Positions 24,801-36,309 of a DNA stretch of 64,000 bases are shown here, piece after piece. Source of the stretch: Trichodelitschia bisporula (taxonomy: Eukaryota); contig ML996702.1 in NCBI GenBank assembly GCA_010356995.1, forward strand, positions 679,609-743,608, given 5' to 3'. Positions within the stretch are counted from its first letter, which is position 1. Every line of letters begins with the position of its first letter. The notes under the pieces are model-generated. The model ran no database searches, was not told the origin of the DNA, and saw only the letters and a program-made list of their open reading frames with translations. Made by a program: the position numbers and the translations under genes.

Positions 24801-25012
24801 AAAAATCTCCATTACGGGATCACATCATATTGAGGAGTAGAAATGAGGTCATTAGGTACACTCCATTGGCGACGCAATAGGACTTCCTGTGATTGCTCTG
24901 AAACTTTGTGAACGCACACAAACACGACTCTTGCTTCTTCTTCCACTGCTTCTTCCGATATCCAAGTTACGATCGGATCTGCACCAGCTCTTTCTTTCAA
25001 TCAGCCTCCTCG

Positions 25013-26372
25013 TCATCGACTAGACGTCGTGGGACTATTCCGTGTTTCGGAGGGCCGCTCGTACACATTCGTCCATTCTCGCAAAAGCGTCTCAAGTTCG
25101 GCATCGGGATCCGTATCATCCCTAATCTTTTCAGCCAGCCCTATGCACTGATCGACATACCCGTACCCTGATGAATATTCTCGCGAGCCGGGTGACGGAG
25201 TCCGAGATCCCGACCGAGAAGGTAATGATTTCCTTTGCATATCCGAATGCTCTTTGAAGAGAGGCACGTCATCAACCCCCACGTCGCTGCTTTTATTAGC
25301 TATCTTCCGAGGCGTAGATTTTTTTTATGTCATACCTCAGATCGTCAACGACCGTCCTTGCATGGCGACCTAGGCGATACTAGGGTTCCGACGGAGGCGT
25401 TGCGCGAGAGTGGAGTGTCGAAGCAGGCGCCGCGTACGATACGAGTATCCTTCGCCTGGTCGAACTGAAAGTTGGGTACCTTCGCCTCTCACTTGTCTGT
25501 GCGTCACCCTTCGGTTCCCGGCGAACTGTTTCAATTGTAGTTTATCGATCGTGGTGGACGGCTTTCGGATCGCGGTGCTCGACTACCCTACGGCACCCGA
25601 CCTCCCGGTAGTCCTCCCTAACGTCATGCCGTTCAGACCTCCGCGAGCCATGCCTTCTGGACCGCTCTGGTCCCTGTGGTCTCTCATCGGGCATCGCGAC
25701 GAAGACAAGGGCCTTAAGAGCTCACTGTGAGCTCTGGCGCGAGTTCCCCAGTGTCTGAACTTCCGACTGAAGTAGGATATTCGAAGTGATGTGGGCCAGC
25801 TTTTAGACGCCCTTAAGATTGGCGAGCAGCTCTTCCGCCTTCGTGATGCACTCGGCACCAGCATCTTCCGATACCATATACCGATTGTCCTCACTCTCCT
25901 GGTGGACATCCTTCGCATGTAAAAGCAAAGACATCATACCGTGCATGGTTTCCTTCATGTGGTGCATTTGACTACGGGAAAGCTCCATCGAATCTTTGTT
26001 GAAATGGTACATGAGTGATTTATGTGCCAATTAGTGAAATGTACTCTGTGTGTGCATTTACGCATTTTGCCTTGATGAACTCAACTTGGATGTCCATAAA
26101 AGCCTCTTCGCGCATAGTGTGAGAGCCCGTTTACTTCTACCAACATGCTATCGGATATGAGACCTGGTTCTTCTTGATGTGCTTTCTAGAAGGTAGTACC
26201 GAAGGAAGTGATAGCAAATGCCGCGCTGCTTATGTCTGAAATGCGATGTAGCATATCTGGCGCTTTTCTTTAGTCTTTGATGAAGGTTTACAGACCCCCC
26301 CGCGAGCCGGAGTCCCAAGTCTATGAGACCGGTCGCAGAGGCGGCAATGCCGAATATTTCGGTGCCGCTCAT
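25013..26372 (-). pseudogene. Disrupted fungal STAND N-terminal (HeLo-like/SesA-like) domain gene, paralog of 36310-38592
   Basis: N-terminus MSGTEIFGIAASATGLIDLGLRLAG; HFNKDSMELSRSQMHHMKETMHGMMSLL; CITKAEELLANLKGV; C-terminal LLREWTNVYERPSETR. Multiple in-frame TAA/TAG stops and frameshifts. Confidence 0.65.
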
Positions 26373-26995
26373 CGTTGATATTTTTCAAAAGTGGTTTCTT
26401 GTCGGCTCTGGTGGATGGAGAGCTTCCAGTCCCGGTCCTGGTCCGTCTGGCCTTGCGAGTGATGCTGGAATTCTTCAAAGGCCTCAGTCCTTAAGCTGGG
26501 TTGTAGAAAGCTTTGGTTTCCCAACTAAATAATCAGAACAAATCATGGGAGAATGCAGCAGTTATGAAAGATCTCACTGCAGAATCTCTGAGCTCAATAC
26601 TCTCAGGCCATCAATTGCATATGTATCGCAGCTCGTTAACTGAAAGCTGCGCAGCTTTGGGCGAGTGATGTCAGGATATGAAAGACTGAGGACTGGACGT
26701 CAAAATGTGTGGCAAATCGACGGAGAGCGGCAAGATCACCAGTGCTTTGGATATTGGAATGTGAATTTCACACCTAAGCTACCATTCGCATATCTATCGC
26801 AACACCGCAGCGTGAAGCAGTGCAGTGTCAAACATCATCAAGTGAGGTCCAGCTCTTCGTTGTCGTGGTGTGAGATTGTGTCAGATCGGAATCGGGGCTA
26901 GTCCAAAATGAGAACCAACCCCGACCCGAAGACGGTTCTACAGTTCCAAAGGCGCAACCTCAACCTCACCACCAACCAGGCCACTGGTCTTCACC

Positions 26996-27797
26996 ATGCC
27001 TCGTCTCCCTGCCATGGCCTACATCGCCAGTTTTCGCAGGCTCAGAATCAATTGCGCATTGCGACTTCGGACTGCCCTCCAAGGTCAGCTCCGCTATCTG
27101 CGGCTCGAACCATGGAATCCAAAATCGTCCTCGCGCAAGGTGCCGACGCAACCGCAACCGAAGACAGAACCGCAGATGCCGCTGAAGCCATCACAACCGA
27201 TATCTCGCTTCGCACGATTCCACGGCTCGTATCTCACGACGCGACAACTACTCTTCTCCTATGCGCAGCTCGTCCTCTTTGCTCACCTCTTTTGGACTTA
27301 CGGCTTCGAACTAACCCAGCCGTGGGGGGCCTCGATGCTTCCAACGCTACACATGTCTGGGGAATGGGTGGTAGTATCGAAATACTATCGTCGCGGGCGT
27401 GGGGTGCAGGTGGGCGATATGGTCTGCTCGCGAAGCCCGATACGGCCTACCGAGGGTATCTTGAAGCGGGTGCTGGGCATGCCGGGTGATTTGGTAATAG
27501 CTGGAGACGTACAGACTGGATCTGGGGAAATGATACAGGTACGTGGGCTCATTCACGGTTCTTTTTGCTGCATGCGGGCCGAATTGACCCTGCTAGGTGC
27601 CTGCAGGCCACTGCTTTCTCTCAGGCGATAATCAAGAGTATTCCCGGGACTCGCGACACTACGGCCCCGTGCCGCTGGCGTTAATCCGAGGAAAGGTGGT
27701 GGCGAGGGTCCTGCCGTGGCGGAACGCCTGCGTCTTCGAGAATCCCATGCAGCCTGTCCGCGACGAGGCGCTATTAGGACTAATTGGAGAACCTTGA
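26996..27797 (+). CDS. IMP1: Mitochondrial inner membrane peptidase subunit 1 (peptidase S26)
   Basis: GASMLPT (catalytic Ser), LKRVLGMPGD (catalytic Lys), VPAGHCFLSGDN..SRDSRHYGPVPLALIRGKV. One intron. Confidence 0.92.
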
Positions 27798-29090
27798 AGT
27801 TGAACTACTGTCTGTCCGTGCAAGGAGGACCGTTGGAAGCCACTCGCACTGCCCGTCGGATGATCTTGCTCCTGAAAAATTGACTTGAACTGCCGCCTCG
27901 GGATCGTGCTAACCCATTCTCCTGCTGTGCTGCAGATGGGTGACGAGTTCGGGACGTGCTAACAAACTCTCCTGCCGTGCTGCAGACGGATGGCATGGTT
28001 GCTGCACTGGAATTCTGGATCGCTGGGACCTGGATCCCGAAAAGTTGCGGCGTCGCAGTACGCGAGTCACTTCAGAGAGCACGGTCACGGAGAGCACGGT
28101 CACAGCTCCGGCGCCGGCTCTCTTTTCGAAGTCTTCCATTCGGTACTTCTTCCCCCGGATTACGCCCAACACGTTATCTGTCTCACAAAAGCCGTTGGAG
28201 TTTGTTTTTCTGTCAAAAGAAATTGCGGGAACGTGCACATCCCCAGAGTCCCGACTCCAGGTTACCGCTAACCCCCCAATGCCTCGCGTGGAGGACCTGC
28301 ATGTTTGCCGAGACCGACTTCGCAAGCCTCACAAGGCATAGCATGAAGCGAGTGTTTTAGGGTGGGGGTGACGTTCCTTGGCCGCTCGGTATTGATGCCA
28401 CTAGAGCCGATACTCGGTGGCCATCGGAGGGTTTTTGTGTAGCGACTGGCAGGACAGCCCCCTTCGAATATGCATTTCATCCATCGAGGACGGTTTCAAT
28501 TGCTATGTTTCCGAGAAGGCTTCCCTGTTAATTCTCACTGCGCCGTTTTCCCTTCGGGATCTTTGCAGAAAGTCAAATATGCCATGGCCGGCCAACCATT
28601 CTCATATGCAAGCACACCGCATCACCCCTCTGGTACTGTACGCCACGGATCCATGTAGTCTTGCGCCACGACTGTTCCGTCCCGTGTTTTTCTGGGAGGC
28701 TGGCCCCAGGTACGAACGCACGCCATGCAGGTGCAGGACCAATAAAGCTGTCAAATTCTCCATAGCTTCACGCTTGGGGCGTTCTGGACCACATTGTTGG
28801 GACGTCATGGACGGCACGAAGCGATTTCGGCCACTGCTTCTGCGAGGCTTGTTCTTGCGGCACAATTCCTAACGGCAAGATGTGCGCCACGCATGAGAAT
28901 TACGAGATTCTTTCACGAGAGGCTTGAGGCGAAGGTGTCAGGCTTGCAGCGCATGCAGTGAGAGGCAAAAGCAATTGCAAATGGTGCTTAATTACGACAA
29001 ATTGGGAATAGCCAAATCTACTGGGCCATGCAGGCTCCACAACGCCCCAGAAAAAACGAGTGCTTCCGGGTTGGGGATAGCCCCTCTCCC

Positions 29091-30722
29091 TTAATTCTCC
29101 GCGGCCGGAGCGTGGAACCTCGTCCGCCACGCCTTGCCCCAGACTTGGGTCGCGACAATGGTGGCAAACAAGACGGCCATGATGGCACCCTGCACACCGA
29201 AAGCGATGCCGGGACCATCGCGCGCAATCCAGCGCGGGTTGATGTACGTGATGATGAAGCCGCCTGCTACTGTCAGAATCGAGAAGACACGGAAAAAAAC
29301 GAGACGGAAACGTACCGAGCACCTTCCAGAAGTTGAGCCACGAGCTGGTCAGCGCGGCGTGGCCGGGGTAAATGTCCAAGACGTAGGCGCTGACGATGGT
29401 CGTGCTCGCCAGCATGACGAACGTCCCCATGCCCCAACCGAAGGCGATGCCGACCCATGACAGGCTGTGCTCCAGCGTCTGCCCGTAGAGAATGAGACCG
29501 CAAGGGCCGATGATGGCGAGAGGCCACACGGCCCACAGCCGGTTCTCGGGGCTGTGGATGCCCTTGTGCTTGGCCAGGTAGGTGTTGCACAGCCAATCGT
29601 TGAAGAAATGGCCCCAGATCTCACCGAGGACGATGCCGATGAAAGGCGCCAGGAACAGCAGGCACACAGCGGTGTCGGTGAACAGGTAAGGCGGCGGCTT
29701 GACGAACTGTGTCACCGACGTCGTGATGCCGATGGCCCAGATGAAGACGATGAAGAGCCAAATGGCCGGTACGACGATGTTCGGCAGCCAGGCCATGGCG
29801 GCCAGGTCCTTGAACACGGTTCCGACGGTCGGCCGGCCCGTGGCGCGCAACCCGGCAATGCCGGTAAGCAGCTCGATGCGGCCCTTGATGCCGGTCGGGC
29901 GGGGCTTGCGGTGGGCTGGGTCGCGGTCGTACAGGGTCTCGTCGCCAAAGATGATGATGAGCAGGGTGCTGAAGCCGTAGAAGGCGGCAAGCACGCCGAA
30001 GTCCTTCTGCCAGCTGATCTTCTGAATCAGGAAGCCGGCGATGAAGGGGCCGAGGTACGGGCCGATCAAGTAGCTGGCGCCCCAGATGTTGATCTTGCGC
30101 GTGCGCTCGTGGAAGAAGAACATGTCGTGCACGATGGTTAGGCCAATCACCTGCGGCGCGGTGTTGAAGAAGCCTTGCAGCGTGCGGCAGGCGAAGAAGC
30201 CGGCATAGCTGGTCGAGCAGGCGGCGCCGATGACGACGATGCAGGAGAGGAACTGCGACCAGAAGAGAACGGGAAGGCTGAGAGCGGGGTTAGCGAGCCG
30301 GCGGAGGGCCGGAGGTCGACGACGGTGACTTACCGGCCGTAACGCTGTGTCAAGGGAACTGCGAGAAGACCGCCCGGTCCCTGCAGGAAAATGCCACCAG
30401 AGAGGGTGTTGGCGATGGTTGGAATGGACTTATTCCAGTAGATCGCCTGAGCCTCGAAGAGCGTGGAGCCCCAGGTCATACCCCAATCCGTCAACAAGGC
30501 GGCGAAGGTAAGAGACAGCAGGACGGCATGCTTCTTCTTCCACGACCAGTTGAATGGATCCTCGGGATCGTCAGATGGCTGAGGAACGAGGATGTGCTTG
30601 CCATCCTTTGTCGTCTTGAGGGCCTTCTCATCAGGCGTGGCATCGCTTGTATTCAGCGAGAAGTCACCCTGAGCGATGGCCTTCTCTTCGACGAAGACGC
30701 CCTTCTCTGCGTCTGAGCCCAT
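29091..30722 (-). CDS. MFS transporter (fungal; HOL1-like)
   Basis: LVPQPSDDPEDPFNWSWKKK, AVPLTQRYGR, HDMFFFHER, GPYLGP, ETLYDR, PENRL; ~12 hydrophobic segments; two introns. Confidence 0.88.
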
Positions 30723-33037
30723 GGCTTGATCCTTGGAGGGCGGGGGCGGGGAAGGGAAGGGGTTTGGGGGCTTGAAGGGAAGAGGGGGAGAGGGAAAAGA
30801 AGTGAAAAAGTGAAGGGGGATGCAGGAGGGGAGAATTCCAAAGACGCAGGCATATATTCCCAACTTAACGGTCCCCAGCTGGCGTCCGACTGCGGGCTTT
30901 CAACCACAACGGGCCCCACATGGCAACCCCAGGTTTGGCCATTGCTGCGTAGTTTGTGGTCCGAGAGCGCGGGCCGGATTGCTGCACGCGTGCTGCAGGC
31001 TCGCTTGACTATCTTTTCGCTATCAGGGAGTAGCGAGTCCAGAAGCGATACTTGCGGCCTGTGGAGGGGCTCGATGTTTTGCGCCTGTGGGAGGCCGTGG
31101 GAGAGTTTGTGGTTAGCGGTTAGTTCGGGGCTTCCTCCCGCCTTGCCATGCGCCCGTGGCAATTTTGTTCCTGGCCTGTTGGCGAGCAAGGGAGGGCCTT
31201 GTGGCTGATCGTGGAAGTTGTCTCAGCCCTCTCTCTAGCCGAAGCGGCCGCCTCGCAATGGCTTTTGGCCGTTCATTGTATTTTTTGACTTCTTATTCTC
31301 ACTTTGTTTTCCCCAGACTCGACACGCGAGGAGTTTCACGACCACCTGCCGGACGGCGCATCTTGCCTCAAGGATGAGAGACAAAATCCGGAACATTGCG
31401 AGGAGGTGGTTGAGAGAAGCTCTGACCAGCGATACGGGTCCCGCCCAGCTGTTGTCTGACGGGAGAGGATCTGGGGTGAGGTTGTTCTTTGCTTGTTCCC
31501 ATGGCAATCCACGCCGAGTCAGTCCCATGCGTCGACGGGAGATGGGCCTGGACCCAGCAACAAGGCTGGTGGGATGCGAGCGAGCAGGACGTCGGTCCGC
31601 AAACAACACACACACACCATCAATCTCACCCACCAGTCCTCCGTAGTTCCCATCCCGCTCCCGTACCCGTACACACCAGCGAAGACCTAAGTGAGGCGAA
31701 CACTTTTAGGAGCGTGTTAGTTCGGACGTCGAGCACTACGGTACGTTCACGAACCCGGCCTCTGGGCGACGCACCAACGGCAGGATATCAGTTCTCCTCC
31801 CACCCCCTGGCCCCCTTTAGCTCGGTCTGACAGGCTGAGAAAAGTTCGGACCTTTGGGCGCTGACGCGAAGCGCCGCCGCCATCCGCGCGTTAGTCCAAA
31901 CGGACGCCTCCTATAGGCGGAGAGGCGCCCCGGCGGCCGCGGGCGTCGGGCCGGCCAGCAAACCCCTGCCGTGGCGTCGGGACGATCCAACATGCCTGTT
32001 AGAAGGGACGAATCAGGATAGTTCCTTTGCCTGTCTGCCCCCCCCCGCTCCCGGATTCTGCTACCCCGAGCTGGGTGACCCCGGGCCGTCGGGGGCTTTT
32101 TTAGCATGGGTGTGATCCGGCCGGCTGGATCGCCATATCCACGTCTGGCCCTTTTAGCACTGCACGGCCTGTTAGCGTTTACCCACGCCGCGGCTTCATC
32201 CGTTACCTATCTGGGACTGGTTTGCTGGACCTCGCATCCCTCACTTGCCTGCTGCAATCATTCACTGGCTTCGCCTCCCGCGCCTTCGAACCAGAGGCTG
32301 GGCCCTCCCCGGTGCTGCAGAACGAGCCGTTTGGGAAAAGCGGGTGAAAAGAGCACAATGTGGCTGCTTTGCCAACCACTTCCCCTGGTATTGGGAGAAC
32401 TGCTTTTGTTGCTTCGCCTACGGCCGCGGGCGCCCACAAAACCTCAACAGTCACCTTTGTCGTCATGATAACGGTCCTGAAAGCAGAAAACCGGGCGCAG
32501 AGCACAGACACAGCACGATGTTGCCATCCCGCTCGGGGCATGACTATCTCCCGTCCATCTCCCGCCCCCTCCTTCTCCGCCCGCGCCAATGGCTGGGCCC
32601 CCCCTTGAATATCCCCCACGCTCTGCTTTGCGGCCGTGACCTGTGCTGTACCGTACCGTACGCGCAGGACCGGCGGATGTAGATCCGGTACCGTTCCTGG
32701 CGGGCGTGCATCTGGACGCATCACCCAGGATCGGACTCCGTATTGCCTTGCACAAATGACATACCGGGTTGTACGTTGTTAGCGAAGATGCGGGAGAATT
32801 GAACATTCTATATTTCTTCTCTTGACGCCATTGCGCCCTCCCGCCCGTCATTCTTTCGAAGTCTCAAAACTCATATAAGCTGCCCCGCCGATCGTCGCTC
32901 CGCCAGCGCTTCTTTCCGTTCCGTGGTCTAGACGCTTTCACTAGATTCTCGCCGATCGTTCTCCACCCCTCCACACTCTCTCTTTCTTCACTTAGGTCAT
33001 CGTCGCGAGGCAGCGTAGCCCCGCAGACCTCGCCGCC

Positions 33038-34541
33038 ATGTCTTCGGGCCCTCCAGTGTATGACTACAAGGACGTGAACCTCGCGCCCGGTGTGAAGGCG
33101 GCAAATTGGACCGAGGCCGCCGTTGCGATTATCTTCGTGATCGTGCGCATGTACACGCAGGTGTTCATCGTGGGCAAGGTCGATATCGAAGATTGGGTCA
33201 TTTTGGGCGCACTGGTGCGGATTCCACCCTCCTTCATCACGGGAACATAATGCTAACGAGGCAGGCCACGGCACTCGCCAACACCATCCTCCTCACCATT
33301 GCCATGGACTGGGGCGTGGGCCGACATATGCAGTTCCTGACGCCGACGCAAGCGGTCAACGCCATGAAGTTCGAGTTCATCAGTCAAGGGCCCGGCCTGT
33401 TCAGCGCGTGCCTGGGACGGATTAGCTTTGCGTTGTTTTTGCTCAAGTTTTGTCGTACGGTGCGTTGAGGAGTCGTTCTTTTGGGAGAGGGCGTTGCTAA
33501 TGTGGAGCAGAAGAAGTGGCGGTTGAATCTGGTGTGGTCTGTGGTCTGGGTGCAGGTCGTGAGCAACATCCTCTGCTACCTCCTCATTGTCCTGCAGTGC
33601 GAGCACATGAGCAAGCTGTGGGATCCGACTACCCCGGGCAAGTGCTGGACGCCGAAGGTACAGGTGATTTCGGGGTATGCTCTGGGTGGTAAGTTGCCGA
33701 TTCCGCGCCATTGGAACTGAGCTTCCAGACTAATGATCGCAGTTATCAACACGATTCATGATATCGTTCTCCTTGTCGTCCCCATGGTCATCATGACCGA
33801 GCTCAAGATGCGCCTCCGCGTCAAAGTCGTCCTCACCCTCGTCATGGGCACGTCTATCTTGTAAGTACCCCCCCTTTCAACCCCCAAACCAAAACCACTA
33901 ACATTCCCCCAGCGGCGTCGTCTCCTCTGTCCTCAAAACCATCGCCCTCGGCACAATCGGCAAGCGCGGCGACTTCACCTGTAAGCCCTCACACCAACCC
34001 CCCCATCCCAACCCCACTAATCCCCCTAGACGAAACAATCCAATTCATCATCTGGCTGACCGTCGAAAACTACGTCATCATCTGCGCCTCCTCTGTCCCC
34101 TCCTTCCGCCAACTCTTCGTCTCCTTCAAACGCCGCGGCACAACCGTGAACTCCTTCCCGCTCTCCGGCTCGGATGGCGAAACCGGCAAGCGCGGCCGCA
34201 CGCCCGGTCCAGGCACTAACACATATGGCGGCACCAACCGCACGGCCACGAAGGTAGGCACTTTCTACGACGACCTTGATGACCCGGAGCTCGGCGGCGA
34301 AGGCAAGGGGCGGCGCCACACTGGGCGCACGAAGGACGGGTACTCGAGTAGCGAGGAGCACATCGTCTCCTCCCCGACATGGGTGACGGCGGAACGGGGA
34401 CCGGTCGGCGGCACGGGGGTCGCGCGCCCAGGCGGCATTACGAAGACTATGACTACGAAGCTTACGTTTGAGGATGCGAGTCGGGGGGCGGGGGGGGCCG
34501 GTGAGCTGGTCTCGGCCGGGGGCGCTCGGGCGAAGTATTAA
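33038..34541 (+). CDS. PTH11-like integral membrane protein (fungal rhodopsin domain, no CFEM)
   Basis: RMYTQ..., EDWVI, WGVGRH, RISFALFLL, QC...KLWDP...GKCW, DIVLLVVP, IWLTVENYVIICASSVP; several introns. Confidence 0.88.
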
Positions 34542-34999
34542 GCTCGAATGGTTATTGTGGATGATGTTTTCTTGGGGCGAAACGGTTATTCGGGAATTCA
34601 AATGGGGACAGCAGGCTTTATGTTGCGTCCCCTCTAGGGCGCCTTACGATAAATGGGCTTGATGCCCTTAGAATCGCTATGACGGCGGGTTTGGATCTGT
34701 ATTGCTAGAATAAACCGGGGCTTATGGCTTTGGTGCCAGGGTTTCTTTTTCCCTTCGAGATGCTGGATCTTGATGCTTGCTTGTGCTCGACTGACGTTGC
34801 GCCTTCGACGCGGCTGGCGTCTGCCCCGGTAACACGGCAACGTTCTGAGGTCACACAACATGTAAGCCAGGATCGCGACCCCAAAATCCCAGTCGACGGG
34901 TGGACCGGTAGCACAATCATCAACGTCATCCGTTCTTCGGCATGCAAGCGGATACCGTTGGTCACGCACAGCCCTATCAATAATCATTCTCCTCACCAG

Positions 35000-35975
35000 C
35001 CTCAATACCACATTCCCCCTTCCCTCTCCCAAATCCCGAAAACCCGTTTCACCTTTCTCCGGCCCAACTTGCCTATCCGTCGTCAGATATGCAACATCCA
35101 TTGCGCGCACCCTCTCCACTCGGCTCCATGATCCCCATCCCCATCCAAGCTCTGGGAACAGACATGTCCCATTCCAACCCCTCCCCCAGCCATCTTCCAG
35201 GGTCCCCTCGTTAAAAAAAAAAACCTCAATTCCTTCATCCTTCCGGGACTGGACAACCCCCCCGACCTCGCCTCTTTCACCATCGACAACCCATCAGACA
35301 TCATTCTCTCCCGGACGCTCACTTGGCCGAATGTCATCACGTCCGCTGACCCATGTTAATGATCTAAAACCGCAGGAGCCCGACTCCTTCACCCCAGCTT
35401 GCCATAATCTAACGCAAGGTCGAAAGGGCATTGTTGCTTTGCACTACCATCGGCAAGTCAATACTTTTCCCAACCGAAGCCCGATTCTGGAGTTGAATAA
35501 GAGCCCAGTCGAGGTGCACGTCGTCCAGCGGAGGAGACGAAACGCATTCAAGGCCTCCGGATAGAGTGTTCACTTCCTTCAGCGTAGGCTCCGGCCCGAC
35601 AGAAACTCTTCATTGGAGCACGAGACGAGGCGGCTAAGGAGGATTACGACCTTAAGCGAGGATGGCCGTCTTCATCGGAGAAGTGCGCGGCATCCTGAGA
35701 TGCCTCGAGCCGGCATCAAGTCGTCTGAGCTCAATATTTGTCCACGTGGTTTCTATCGGCGTAAATGCCATTGAGGTTAGTGAATAAATCGTCAACCTCC
35801 TGGTACGCGTCTAGAGTGGAGGGAGAAGGCACGCTGGCAGATAGTATCGACGATGGTTCTTCGCGATGGAACTCGCGGTAGTCTTTAGTTCTAGAACTAG
35901 CGTTTTCATTCCAGTCTATCCCATGGGTGTCGCCGCCGATTGCTTTGAACGTCTCGAAACGTTGAGAGCAATCAT
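35000..35975 (-). pseudogene. Disrupted gene of unknown function ('partner A', copy 2)
   Basis: Homologous to 24380-24640 (shared CCGGAGCCTACGCTGAAG, TCTATCCGGAGGCCTTGAATGC and GGACGTGATGAC); in-frame stops; boundaries approximate. Confidence 0.55.
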
Positions 35976-36309
35976 AGGAAGTTCATTCTGTTACCAAGGG
36001 AGAGCACCTAGTAACCTCGTTCTTCTTCTTAATATGATCTGCTCCCGTATCAGAGACGCTTGAGGAGCTGTAAAACTTGCCTAAAGAAGAAGTTCGCGTA
36101 AATTTAAGCGATCAACAGCAGGCTTGACGTCGGACGGTTAAATGCGGGGGCGAAAGATCGCCGACCTGCAGCACGAGCCACATACGCGTTACCCGTACAA
36201 GCCCCGTAGGAGAGAACGCGTCTCGACAGTAACATCACACAACACCAAAAATGAGCGGCCTCCGATGCATAGCAGGTACGCGTCCACAACAGCATCACAC
36301 AGCACCAAA

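Noticed and set aside
30723..33037. Short ORFs in the 2.3-kb interval between the MFS and PTH11-like genes
   Set aside because: No coherent coding signal; most likely a divergent promoter region. Individual regulatory sites could not be supported.
35470..35520. LDWALIQL on the minus strand as a trypsin-like (S64-type) protease motif
   Set aside because: The paralogous copy reads RAWPRI at this position and no GDSG or GRTTG motif was found downstream.
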